Positions 15,842-24,000 of a stretch of DNA of 24,000 nucleotides are shown piece by piece. A program made the position numbers and the translations under genes. The notes under the pieces were generated by a model. That model had not been told where the DNA came from. It did not search any database and saw only the letters and a list, made by a program, of their open reading frames with translations. The stretch's first letter is position 1. Every line of letters starts with the position of its first letter. This DNA comes from an uncultured Methylophaga sp. (lineage in GTDB: Bacteria > Pseudomonadota > Gammaproteobacteria > Nitrosococcales > Methylophagaceae), in assembly GCA_965229455.1 (NCBI GenBank), contig OZ245877.1, forward strand, positions 60,685-84,684, read 5' to 3'.

Positions 15842-16618
15842 ATGGAGACTTACCTGCATCGTTCACATCATGCCCATCTTGATTCACGCCGGGTGGGATT
15901 TTTCCGCCCTTTCCTCTGGCTGGCCAAAGGGGCCGGGGATCTGGGCAAATACCCAAAAATCAGCTTTGCTCATGGCTTGATAGTGGCGGCAGTGTTTTGG
16001 CTTGCCCTACTGGTCACCAGCATGCACATTTATGCACTGGCCGCAGTGGTGTCCGGATTTATGCTGATCGGCCCTATCATGGCGGCAGGACTCTGTGAGA
16101 TTTCCCGTCGCCTGGAGAACAAACAACCAGTCAGTTTTGATCAGTCTCTGAGCGGTCTCAGCCGCAACCAACCGGCATTGTTCCGCTTTGCCGGCTTTCT
16201 GCTGGGTTTCAGTCTGCTCTGGTTTGTCATCTCGGCGCTGGTATTAATGGCAACGCTCGGTGAAGTGGCACCACCGCTGGACAGAACGATGTGGGGCGAT
16301 TTCTTTGCCTTTGCATCGCCAATGCAATCAGCACTCTATCTGATTGTTGGCGGTCTGCTGGCAGCCATCGTTTTTACCCTGTCGGTTGTTGCCATTCCGG
16401 CCATTATCGACAGCAATATTAAAGCACTGGATGCCGCTTTTATCAGTGTTCGAGTTGTGTCTGACAACCTGCTGACCATGATGCTTTGGGCCGGTCTGCT
16501 GGCACTGTTTACCGGTGTCGGGATAGCCACTTTTATGATCGGCATGATTGTGATTTTCCCGTTGCTGGGTCATGCCAGCTGGCATGCCTACCGGGATCTG
16601 GTGAATAACACAGAATAA
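15842..16618 (+). CDS. Integral membrane protein, DUF2189-like
   Basis: 258 aa with about 5-6 TM helices. The N-terminal region FFRPFLWLAKGAGDLGKYPKISFAHGL resembles my recollection of the DUF2189/COG5473 family. RBS caggaggcgcactATG. The family call comes from memory only. Confidence 0.6.
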   Translation: METYLHRSHHAHLDSRRVGFFRPFLWLAKGAGDLGKYPKISFAHGLIVAAVFWLALLVTSMHIYALAAVVSGFMLIGPIMAAGLCEISRRLENKQPVSFDQSLSGLSRNQPALFRFAGFLLGFSLLWFVISALVLMATLGEVAPPLDRTMWGDFFAFASPMQSALYLIVGGLLAAIVFTLSVVAIPAIIDSNIKALDAAFISVRVVSDNLLTMMLWAGLLALFTGVGIATFMIGMIVIFPLLGHASWHAYRDLVNNTE

Positions 16619-16625
16619 TGGTGAC

Positions 16626-16662
16626 AAAGCCCCGCTGCCCTGTTTCAGCGCATCGGGGCTTT
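16626..16662. terminator. Bidirectional hairpin between convergent genes
   Basis: AAAGCCCCG (16626..16634) pairs with CGGGGCTTT (16654..16662). Inner GCTG/CAGC pairing extends the structure. A-runs and T-runs lie on both sides. Confidence 0.6.
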
Positions 16663-16669
16663 AATCTCA

Positions 16670-17074
16670 TCAGCTAAGATCCACAAAAGGGTTAAAGGCC
16701 ACCTCCCAGTAATAGCCTTCCGGATCCTGAAAATAGCCGGAATAACCGCCCCAGAATACCTGCTGACCGGGTTTTATTAACCTGGCACCGGCGTTGACTG
16801 CCTGATCCAGCACGGCATCGACTGCCTCCGGGCTGCTGACATTGTGTGCCAGTGTGAAACTACCCTGACCTGTCATGGCTTCAGCGGGAATGCCAATATC
16901 TTCAGCCAGCGCTGTTTTGGGATATAAGCTCAGCCAGGTGCCTGCGAGTTCAAAAAAGCTCACGTCGGCACTGTCGAAATCAAATTGCGGTAGCTCAAGA
17001 CCATCACGATAAAAAGCGGTTGCCGCCGTTAAATCTTCCACCCCAAGCGTAATTATGCTGATTTTCGCTTTCAT
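16670..17074 (-). CDS. VOC-family (glyoxalase / bleomycin-resistance / dioxygenase fold) protein
   Basis: 134 aa. ISIITLGVEDLTAATAFYRDGLEL ... FQDPEGYYWEVAFNP is the typical paired beta-alpha-beta-beta-beta VOC signature. Confidence 0.8.
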   Translation of the reverse strand: MKAKISIITLGVEDLTAATAFYRDGLELPQFDFDSADVSFFELAGTWLSLYPKTALAEDIGIPAEAMTGQGSFTLAHNVSSPEAVDAVLDQAVNAGARLIKPGQQVFWGGYSGYFQDPEGYYWEVAFNPFVDLS

Positions 17075-17082
17075 ATGAATAG

Positions 17083-17655
17083 TTACCCCTGCCGTGCATT
17101 GTAGAGTCTGCCACCCTGATTCATATAAGTCCGAAGCACAGCCGAAGCCTTATCCCGGTGCACGCCACTCAACACTTTTATCCCTCTGTCTTCCAGTGCC
17201 TGCCTCCAGTCATCCGGTTTTGGACCTTCATCAAAACCGATGGCACGGACGTCGGCATCAGTCGCACCCGATATCACCTGCCTCACCCCGGACCAGGGTA
17301 TGGCACCGAAACACATGGCGCAGGGCTCACAGCTGGTTACCAGGCACAAATCCGGCTTTCCGGCCCCCAGGTCATAGCTGCCACGGCTTTGCTGAGCCAT
17401 GGATAACGCGACCATTTCCGCATGGAGGATAGACAGATTCTTGGATGGCACCAGGTTGACACCGAGGGCCACCAGCTTGCCGCTATCAATCTCAAACACC
17501 CCAGCAGCAAATGGACCGCCGCTGTCATATTGGATATTCAGACGGGACAGATCGATAACAAAATCCATCTGAGTCTCAATATCCGTGGTGGTCTGATACG
17601 TCTGCTGATATCGCAGCACCCAATTGGGCAGTTCAAACTGGATCGACGTTTCCAT
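17083..17655 (-). CDS. Nucleoside/nucleotide deaminase, CDA fold (guanine-deaminase-like)
   Basis: Zinc-binding motifs HAEMVAL and PCAMCFGAI, plus GGPFAAGVF near the N-terminus. The ORF track extends to 17736, but the ATG at 17655 has a GGAGA RBS and gives a normal-length (190 aa) protein. Confidence 0.75.
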   Translation of the reverse strand: METSIQFELPNWVLRYQQTYQTTTDIETQMDFVIDLSRLNIQYDSGGPFAAGVFEIDSGKLVALGVNLVPSKNLSILHAEMVALSMAQQSRGSYDLGAGKPDLCLVTSCEPCAMCFGAIPWSGVRQVISGATDADVRAIGFDEGPKPDDWRQALEDRGIKVLSGVHRDKASAVLRTYMNQGGRLYNARQG

Positions 17656-17760
17656 CTTATCTCCACACAGGTTCAACATAGATGCGCTCACTCTAGCATG
17701 TTCGGCGCCATCAGGAAGGCCCCTGCTCCCGTGCATTAAGCGACACTTTTTTCATGTTTT

Positions 17761-17816
17761 ACAAACTTTTACATTGCTTAACACAAACTTTCCCGGCACA
17801 GGATTAGTGTATTAAT
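17761..17816 (+). promoter_or_regulatory. Candidate promoter/operator of the His-rich protein gene
   Basis: Exact 9-bp direct repeat ACAAACTTT at 17761..17769 and 17783..17791, 22 bp centre to centre. An extended -10-like TGTATTAAT follows at 17808..17816, about 33 nt upstream of the ATG. Confidence 0.3.
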
Positions 17817-17848
17817 CGTGACCATTTGTGTAGAGCGAGGTAAACGCG

Positions 17849-18229
17849 ATGCGACATCTCAACAAATCAAAAATCCTGGCCATCAGCCTGATGTCAGGTT
17901 TAATGCTGGCCCTTGCCGCCAATCCCGCCAAAGCCGGTGATCTCAGCATCGGTATTGGTCTCAATTTAGGCTACCCGGGTTATTACAACAGCTACTATCC
18001 CGACCGCTATGTAATTCATTACCGTGATTATGACCGGCATCACCATCATCACTATTATCATGACAGGAAAAATCACAAGCACTGGAAGCAGCATAAGAAA
18101 CACTGGAAACATCACGACAAGCATTATCGCGGTCATACCAAACATCACTACCGTCATCATGACCGTCACTCATACCGGCATCATGACCGCTATAACAGAG
18201 ACTACCGACATCATCGTTATTACCGGTAG
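17849..18229 (+). CDS. Secreted, extremely His/Tyr/Arg-rich low-complexity protein (putative periplasmic metal-binding protein)
   Basis: Signal peptide MRHLNKSKILAISLMSGLMLALAANPAKA/GD. By my count the C-terminal 70 aa (18017..18226) contain about 24 His, plus many Y/R/K/D, in loose HHDR/HYR/KHW repeats, including an HHHHH run. RBS gaggtaaacgcgATG. Confidence 0.7.
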   Translation: MRHLNKSKILAISLMSGLMLALAANPAKAGDLSIGIGLNLGYPGYYNSYYPDRYVIHYRDYDRHHHHHYYHDRKNHKHWKQHKKHWKHHDKHYRGHTKHHYRHHDRHSYRHHDRYNRDYRHHRYYR

Positions 18230-18255
18230 ACAGACAGGGTGACACGGATGTCATC

Positions 18256-18891
18256 CTAAGTTTGCTGCTCCAGCAACCATTTCGCTATTGAAAGCTGTTC
18301 CAGCCAGTCGTCTCTGATTTCCCTGTAACCGGACTGTCCGGAAAAGGCACTGGAACAAACCACGTCGGGAGACACTGTCTCCAGTAAACCCAGACTCTGT
18401 ATCAACTGCGCCCGGTCACTGAAAGGCAGTAAACCCGGCCTCAGTCCGGTATCACTCCAGTACAAAGTATCACCGGTGAAAAGCACTGTGCGGCCTTCAT
18501 CTGCCTTGGCAAGAAAACAGCAACTGCCCGGCGTGTGGCCCGGGGTCGGGATCACCTCCAAATCGTCCAACAGCCATTGCCGCTGTGTAAAAACGATATC
18601 CGGCTGACAAACCTCGGCAAATTCATCGTATTCTGCCTCATGACCACCAAGCTGGGCAGCGTACAACGCCCGGATTTGACCTATTGATGGCCCAACCTCA
18701 TCGCGGTGACTGAGCAGTTGATAGCGCACACCGCCCTGACTTGCCATCTGCTCAATATCACTTTGCTGGCCGGTGTTATAAAACAACACATTGCCCGCTT
18801 CCCGCGTCCATAGATAGGCATGCGTGGTCAGGCCGGGAAACGGGTGCTCAACAGCGGTTTCCCAGAGATCGGACAGAATCTGTTTCATCAT
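18256..18891 (-). CDS. MBL-fold metallo-hydrolase superfamily protein (degenerate metal motif)
   Basis: 211 aa. TPGHTPGS and FTGDTLY motifs are present. The canonical HxHxDH appears as LSHRDE, retaining only one His and the Asp. Confidence 0.7.
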   Translation of the reverse strand: MMKQILSDLWETAVEHPFPGLTTHAYLWTREAGNVLFYNTGQQSDIEQMASQGGVRYQLLSHRDEVGPSIGQIRALYAAQLGGHEAEYDEFAEVCQPDIVFTQRQWLLDDLEVIPTPGHTPGSCCFLAKADEGRTVLFTGDTLYWSDTGLRPGLLPFSDRAQLIQSLGLLETVSPDVVCSSAFSGQSGYREIRDDWLEQLSIAKWLLEQQT

Positions 18892-18942
18892 GCCCCTCCT
18901 TTGTCTGGAGCATGTGCTCAGTTTAGCGGATTTTAATCACTG

Positions 18943-19938
18943 CTAAGCAACTTCCGGCAGACGACGCTGCCAGCCGTCTGGAAGCGCCTGTACCAGCACA
19001 CGACGGGCCCTGTGCCAAAAGCCGGACAGCAATAGCAGAGACATACCAATGACCACCCCGACATAAGCAAAGCTGTCACCGGCCAGGCCATAGGTATCAA
19101 GTAACTGGGTCAATGCCGCCAGCACATATATCAGGGAAGAAACCATAAAAGCGCGCCGGTCGATAACCAGCGAAATCACGGTCAATACCAGGTAAAGCAG
19201 TAACACGATGCCCAGATCCAGGGGACTCTGATTACCTTCAAATATGCCGAGGTTGCTGAAAATCGGGTGCACTATCAGTGGGGCTGCCGTGAGGTGCAGC
19301 CAGAAAGCGACATCGGAACGACCACTGATACGTTTCGGATCTTTCGCATCCCACACCATGGCCAGCAGAAAGATAGCAATGCCGCCAACAAACATCAGAC
19401 TATTCAGATGATCCCGCAGGGCAGGTAACATATAAATCAGGCCTGCCAGCACAAAAGCCACCGCCGCCGCGGCACCGGCAGCCACTGTGATGGGCACATG
19501 GAAACGGGTCCAGTGCAACCACGCAGCGATAGTCGCGCCCAGACCAGCCAGCATAAAGGCCTTTTCATCGGGAAAACCAAACGACAGCACAATCGCAGTA
19601 AACACATTGGCAACAAACGTGACCAGCAAGACAATGGCCGGCAGAGCCATTTTACGTTTGCGTACAAAAAACTCGGCCAGCCCCCAGGATAAAGCCGCGA
19701 CCACAGCGGCTGACAGAGCCGCACTGGTCCCCTGAATCACCCACCCCGCAGAGAGCAATAGCAACAGGCAGGCAATCACCACGAATATATCGTTAAAGCT
19801 GGTGATCAGCCGGAAGTCTTCCTCATCTGCAGCATGCGTATTATCACGCTCAGCAATAAAGTCACGGAACTGCACCACGGAAGGGCGACTGAAAATCCCT
19901 TTCTCGATCGCCTGCTCCAAATCATCATCGGTATACAT
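18943..19938 (-). CDS. Hypothetical multi-pass membrane protein
   Basis: 331 aa. Soluble N-terminal ~45 aa followed by about 8 hydrophobic helices. It lies 51 nt upstream of the MBL-fold gene on the same strand, so the two are probably co-transcribed. No motif recognised. Confidence 0.6.
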   Translation of the reverse strand: MYTDDDLEQAIEKGIFSRPSVVQFRDFIAERDNTHAADEEDFRLITSFNDIFVVIACLLLLLSAGWVIQGTSAALSAAVVAALSWGLAEFFVRKRKMALPAIVLLVTFVANVFTAIVLSFGFPDEKAFMLAGLGATIAAWLHWTRFHVPITVAAGAAAAVAFVLAGLIYMLPALRDHLNSLMFVGGIAIFLLAMVWDAKDPKRISGRSDVAFWLHLTAAPLIVHPIFSNLGIFEGNQSPLDLGIVLLLYLVLTVISLVIDRRAFMVSSLIYVLAALTQLLDTYGLAGDSFAYVGVVIGMSLLLLSGFWHRARRVLVQALPDGWQRRLPEVA

Positions 19939-20313
19939 ACCCAGCCTCGCTTTTGATTCGCTTCATCATCGGGTTTTGCTGCCGTTAGGTCGGCCCGATG
20001 GATTGAGACAGCATACAGCTATGGATTCGCTTATCCCAGCCACCTTTTCTGTAGAACGGCTTTACTCATACAACTGACTCCGGCTCTACTCCTGGTATTT
20101 TTATTTGTTAAGCTGATACTGCACAGTAGTTGCAGCAGCCTAATATTGACCTTATCCCACTGGGTGACACTATATGTGCGGTGTTCCCGACCGCACACTT
20201 CACGTCAGACTATGCTTCTTTATTCGCCAGTTTTCTAATGTTATCGAAATCAGTGAATTTGATGGCAAGGTCGCGACTTTCCCCGGCCCGATTTATACCC
20301 CCACCAATAAAAG

Positions 20314-20910
20314 CTAGTGAACCGAGCGCGCGGTTTTGAGGCTGGCTGCCAGTCTCAGTCCGAACGCCACCAGCAGCAGTAACACCAGGGGCAGATAATG
20401 TCCGTTTTGCAGTGTGCCCTTACCATAGGTTTCCAGAAAGATAAGCCAGACCAGGTACATGCCGGTGGTATGCAGACGATGCCAGTTTTTCGGACCGAGC
20501 CCGCGCCGTGGCGGATCAAAAGACGTGATCGTCATCGCCAGGATAAACACATAGGTCAGGCTGGCCAGTACAATCTCAAGCTGATTCAACTTCGCCAGTG
20601 AGTCCTGCGGGTAATGTATCATCAGCAGGATCAGAAACAGCAGATGCACAAAATGCGACAGGGCAAACGACAGCCCGATATAACGGCGGTTATCCAACAG
20701 GTATCTTGCCCAGCCGGATTTAAACAACCGGTACAGACTGGATGCGGTGAAGGCCAGCACGAAAAGGCAAACCGAAGTCCGTGCCGTTCCCCGCACCATG
20801 GCGCGAATGCCTTCTTCACTGAAGCCCAGCCAGACAAAGCTGCTGACTGACATCACGCTGAGAACTATCAGCACGAGGCCGGTGATGCGCCATTGGGAGA
20901 GTGAAATCAT
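20314..20910 (-). CDS. Ferric-reductase-like transmembrane domain protein (MsrQ/YedZ-like heme-b membrane component)
   Basis: 198 aa, about 6 TM helices. His-containing helices RRYIGLSFALSHFVHLL and KNWHRLHTTGMYLVWLIF resemble the YedZ/MsrQ pattern (R..G..F....H and W..LH..Y). The family call comes from memory. Confidence 0.5.
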   Translation of the reverse strand: MISLSQWRITGLVLIVLSVMSVSSFVWLGFSEEGIRAMVRGTARTSVCLFVLAFTASSLYRLFKSGWARYLLDNRRYIGLSFALSHFVHLLFLILLMIHYPQDSLAKLNQLEIVLASLTYVFILAMTITSFDPPRRGLGPKNWHRLHTTGMYLVWLIFLETYGKGTLQNGHYLPLVLLLLVAFGLRLAASLKTARSVH

Positions 20911-21007
20911 GCTCGCTTCCTGCAGTAAGAGAGTTATGCCTGTTCTCTAGACTAGGCAGCGCGTGAAGGACTGTAAATACCCAACAAGTAGGAAGGACTC
21001 TGAAACT

Positions 21008-21874
21008 TTAAATACTGCTGTTGAGGTGATTAATAAAATTCTGCTGGGACCGGTTAGGCTGATTACTCTCTCGCATTACTATCATCAAGGATTTGCTGAG
21101 AGCACCTTGAGCTACCGGCACAGCACAGAGTGAGCCTTGAGTGACCTCATCAATCACTGAAGATGCCGGGACTAGTGAAACGCCCATACCTGCTTTTACT
21201 GCCTGCTTAACGGCTTCGGTACTGCCAAGCTGCATTGATGTTCTGGGGACTTTCAAATGGCCGGTAAACTTTTCACTGAGGATTCGCCCTGTTCCAGTTC
21301 CTATCTCGCCGCCTATCAAACTGAAATGCTGGAGCTGCTCTAGGCTTATTTCCTTAAGTTTTCCCAGAGAGTTTTGAGGAGAGGTGATAAATACCAATGG
21401 CTCAACCTTCCATAACTTTGTAATAAACCCCGCCTCAGGTTGCCACCACTCCACAACAGCAATATCGAGCTCAAAGTTGACCATTTTCCTGACGATGTTT
21501 GGGTTATTATCAATCATCAACTCAATATGAGACGCTCCCTGCTTATCTAGGTAAGAGCTTATTGGCGGCTGCAGCATATATATGCCAATATTCGAGCTCG
21601 CCCCTACCCGGATAGAGTCTTTTGCGATAGCCTCAATCGCCTGTTGATTCAAGTTCAGAATGGAGTCAATAAAAGGCATTAAACGCTTTGCGGCCTCAGT
21701 GGGATGACAAGCGGTTTTATTTCTGGTTATAAGCGCTACCCCCAGTTGCTGCTCCAACTTGGAAATATGAAGCGAGACGGTAGGCTGTGAAATTGAGAGT
21801 GTTTCTGCCGCCGCTTGAAAGCCCTTTTCAGCGATGACGGCTCTCAGCGTCCTTAACCATTGTGGATTCAACAT
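21008..21874 (-). CDS. ptxE: LysR-family transcriptional regulator (PtxE-like by synteny)
   Basis: N-terminal w[36 protein letters not shown] plus a LysR substrate-binding domain. Its ATG (21874..21872) overlaps the ptxD stop (21870..21868) in ATGTTGA. The position after ptxD matches the P. stutzeri ptxABCDE order. Confidence 0.8.
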   Translation of the reverse strand: MLNPQWLRTLRAVIAEKGFQAAAETLSISQPTVSLHISKLEQQLGVALITRNKTACHPTEAAKRLMPFIDSILNLNQQAIEAIAKDSIRVGASSNIGIYMLQPPISSYLDKQGASHIELMIDNNPNIVRKMVNFELDIAVVEWWQPEAGFITKLWKVEPLVFITSPQNSLGKLKEISLEQLQHFSLIGGEIGTGTGRILSEKFTGHLKVPRTSMQLGSTEAVKQAVKAGMGVSLVPASSVIDEVTQGSLCAVPVAQGALSKSLMIVMRESNQPNRSQQNFINHLNSSI

Positions 21875-22875
21875 AGTTCGGTCTGTGGTTCGACAACATT
21901 AATCGCATCTTGAGGGTGTTCACCACTCAATGCCTGGAGAATGTTCTCCGCCGCTCGCAGTTCTATTTGCAGTCGCACACGCTTCACTGCAGAACCAATA
22001 TGCGCAGTGAATAGCGTATTGGGTTGAGCCAATAGCGCGGGAGCAATATGTTTAGGACGATCACCAATCGCCCAGTCTTCCATTTCAAATACATCAGCTG
22101 CATACCCACCGAGCTGACCTGACTCCAGCATTTCCAGTACGGCCTGCTCGGAGAGCACTGAGCCTCTACAGGGGTTTATGATATAAGCCCCCTGCTTCAT
22201 GGTTCGCAACTTTACGCTGTCTATCAGGTGGTAAGTCTCTTCATTCAGTGCCAATGCCAGAATGATCACGTCTGATTGTTTCAACAAATCATCGAATTCA
22301 ACAAATGAGATCGCGAGCGATTTTTCTTGATCTTCGGGCAGTCTGGATCGGTCAGTGTAAATGAGCTCAGCTCCCCAACCAGAGAGTCTGGTTGCAATGG
22401 CTTTACCAATCGCCCCCATACCAATCACACCGATGGTGGCCCCCGCCACCCCCATGCCGTAGAAAATAGGTTGCCATCCTGAGAACTGGCCACTTCGAAC
22501 ATGGATATCGGCCGCCCGAACATTACGCATAAGCCCTGTCATCAATGCGATAGTGAGTTCCGCAGTCGGCACTGTTAACAAGTCCGGCACCACCGTGAAC
22601 CAGACGCCATGCTCCTGGCAGGCCTGCACATCAAAATTGTCGTAACCTTTCAAAGCAGCACCTATCACCTTGAGATTGGGGCAAGCTTGAAGAAACGTCT
22701 CATCCACACTATCCGGCATAAACGCCATCATCGCATCAGCCTCCGAAACACGTTTCATCAACTCGGTATTGCTCAGAGAAACTTCTGACTGGTTACTGAT
22801 CACATCACAATGATCAGACAGATAATCCAGCGTTTCCTGATGCACTTTATGCGTTATCACAAGCTTTGGTTTCAT
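21868..22875 (-). CDS. ptxD: Phosphite dehydrogenase (NAD:phosphite oxidoreductase), D-2-hydroxyacid dehydrogenase family
   Basis: Near-collinear match to my recollection of P. stutzeri PtxD. Shared segments: [34 protein letters not shown]...[16 protein letters not shown], the GMGAIG NAD fold, NPCRGSV (catalytic Arg), [13 protein letters not shown] (Glu) and NTLFT.HIGSAV (His). 335 aa. It is flanked by phosphonate-type ABC transporter genes. Confidence 0.9.
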   Translation of the reverse strand: MKPKLVITHKVHQETLDYLSDHCDVISNQSEVSLSNTELMKRVSEADAMMAFMPDSVDETFLQACPNLKVIGAALKGYDNFDVQACQEHGVWFTVVPDLLTVPTAELTIALMTGLMRNVRAADIHVRSGQFSGWQPIFYGMGVAGATIGVIGMGAIGKAIATRLSGWGAELIYTDRSRLPEDQEKSLAISFVEFDDLLKQSDVIILALALNEETYHLIDSVKLRTMKQGAYIINPCRGSVLSEQAVLEMLESGQLGGYAADVFEMEDWAIGDRPKHIAPALLAQPNTLFTAHIGSAVKRVRLQIELRAAENILQALSGEHPQDAINVVEPQTELC

Positions 22876-22886
22876 TATCTATCCTT

Positions 22887-23708
22887 TTACTTAAAAGACT
22901 TGCGTAGATATCCGCTGAGGGCATCAACCAGAGTGACCATTACCAGAATAACGATCATGATGGCCATGACTTCCTGATATTGCATGATTCTAAGCGAGCC
23001 CATTAGCTCAAAGCCGATCCCGCCGGCTCCGACCATGCCCATCACTGTAGAAGCCCTGAAGTTGTATTCCCATCGATAGATGGAAATATCCACCATCTGT
23101 GACAGCACCTGTGGTAACACGGCGTGATAAAGCACTTGCATACGACTTGCCCCACTCGCGACTGCAGCCTCTATGGGGGCTTCATCCACATGCTCTATGG
23201 CCTCAGCAAAAAACTTACCGACCATACCCACCGAGTGTAGCCCCAGCGCAAGTACGCCCGGCAAAGTGCCAAAACCAACCGCTGCCACAAAAATAATGCC
23301 CATAATCAACTCGGGGACTGAGCGCAGTGTATTCAGCGTAACTCGTGCCAATTGGTAAATCACTGCATGGGGTGTTGTGTTCCTGGCAGCAAGAAACGCG
23401 ATGAATAATGAGAGAACCACGGCAATTGCAGTACCTGCAACACTCATCGCCAGCGTATCCAGCAAGGGCTTTAACCAACTGGAAAAGTTTGTGAAATCGG
23501 GGGGGAATGACTCCCCCGCCAAAGTCACAATCGCCGGAACGCCATTGGCGAGCGTGTCCACATCAAGCAGGTTAACGTACCAGCAGGCAAGCAGAATCAA
23601 CGCAAACAGGATTAGGCCATGCTTTACTTTTTGCAGCCAGGACTGCTGATATTGAGTCAGCATATGCGAGTAGCTTTGCTGGCCGTTCAATGCAGAGTGA
23701 TCACTCAT
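22887..23708 (-). CDS. ptxC: Phosphite/phosphonate ABC transporter permease (PhnE/PtxC type)
   Basis: 273 aa and 6 TM helices. The N-terminal region (GESFPPDF...LLDTLAMSVAGTAIAVVLSL) and the permease loop (NTLRSVPELIMGIIFVAAVG) are PhnE-like. It lies immediately upstream of ptxD. Confidence 0.85.
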   Translation of the reverse strand: MSDHSALNGQQSYSHMLTQYQQSWLQKVKHGLILFALILLACWYVNLLDVDTLANGVPAIVTLAGESFPPDFTNFSSWLKPLLDTLAMSVAGTAIAVVLSLFIAFLAARNTTPHAVIYQLARVTLNTLRSVPELIMGIIFVAAVGFGTLPGVLALGLHSVGMVGKFFAEAIEHVDEAPIEAAVASGASRMQVLYHAVLPQVLSQMVDISIYRWEYNFRASTVMGMVGAGGIGFELMGSLRIMQYQEVMAIMIVILVMVTLVDALSGYLRKSFK

Positions 23709-23714
23709 TGTTTA

Positions 23715-24000
<286 letters not shown>

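Noticed and set aside
17961-18254. Three overlapping alternative-frame or antisense ORFs (17961..18254-, 17966..18169-, 18024..18242+) within the His-rich gene
   Set aside because: These are artefacts of the low-complexity CAY/CGY/AAR repeat DNA. Only the 17849..18229 frame has an RBS, an ATG and a signal peptide.
19955-20034. 9-bp direct repeat GATTCGCTT (19955 and 20024) and a 7-bp stem CATCGGG/CCCGATG (19967..20000) upstream of the 18943..19938 gene
   Set aside because: The elements are short and could occur by chance in 375 bp. I could attach no recognisable promoter, riboswitch or operator consensus to them.
20175-20197. 8-bp hairpin TGTGCGGT-gttcccg-ACCGCACA as a terminator for the 20314..20910 gene
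   Set aside because: No U-run follows on either strand, and it lies more than 115 nt from the stop codon. It could be structural, but it cannot be supported as a terminator.
20130-20339. 69-aa plus-strand ORF in the 375-bp gap between the two minus-strand membrane-protein genes
   Set aside because: It has a non-ATG start and no RBS. It overlaps the 3' end of the 20314..20910 gene and its composition is unremarkable. It is most likely non-coding.

Overview
This is a 24 kb chromosomal segment that looks gammaproteobacterial, about 50-58% GC in housekeeping genes. I found no rRNA, tRNA, CRISPR array or IS element. All homology calls rest on motif recognition by eye; no database search was possible.

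Gene order:
- a truncated TonB-dependent receptor (minus strand)
- cbpA, then a DegP/DegQ-type protease (plus strand)
- a two-gene hypothetical cassette with a low-GC membrane gene (minus strand)
- gdhA (plus strand)
- a TonB-dependent siderophore receptor (minus strand)
- a sigma-54 enhancer-binding protein with a degenerate receiver domain (plus strand)
- a seven-gene plus-strand operon, 9973..15686
- miscellaneous genes: a DUF2189-like membrane protein, a VOC/glyoxalase protein, a CDA-fold deaminase, an extremely His-rich secreted protein, an MBL-fold protein and two membrane proteins
- a minus-strand ptxB-ptxC-ptxD-ptxE phosphite-oxidation locus that runs off the window end

The most interesting region is the seven-gene operon. 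I read it as a Fap-type functional-amyloid system (fapABCDEF-like):
- two secreted proteins, each carrying three imperfect 'SGN-x-x-N-x-AG-x-N-x-Q-x-N' repeats (FapB-like and FapC-like)
- a free-standing periplasmic C39 cysteine peptidase (FapD-like)
- a Q/N/G-rich secreted protein (FapE-like)
- an outer-membrane protein with a coiled coil, a linker and a beta-barrel (FapF-like)

The Fap system is already described in Pseudomonas. What may be new here:
- an extra translationally coupled secreted ORF ahead of fapA
- an adjacent sigma-54 activator, with palindromes and a -24/-12-like element in the operon leader
- a strong intrinsic terminator between fapC and fapD
- an atypical FapC (long, non-low-complexity second linker, poly-Gly tail, no Cys)
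- a leader-like motif, L-[ST]-D-x-x-[LMF]-x-x-[IMT], shared by three of the periplasmic components
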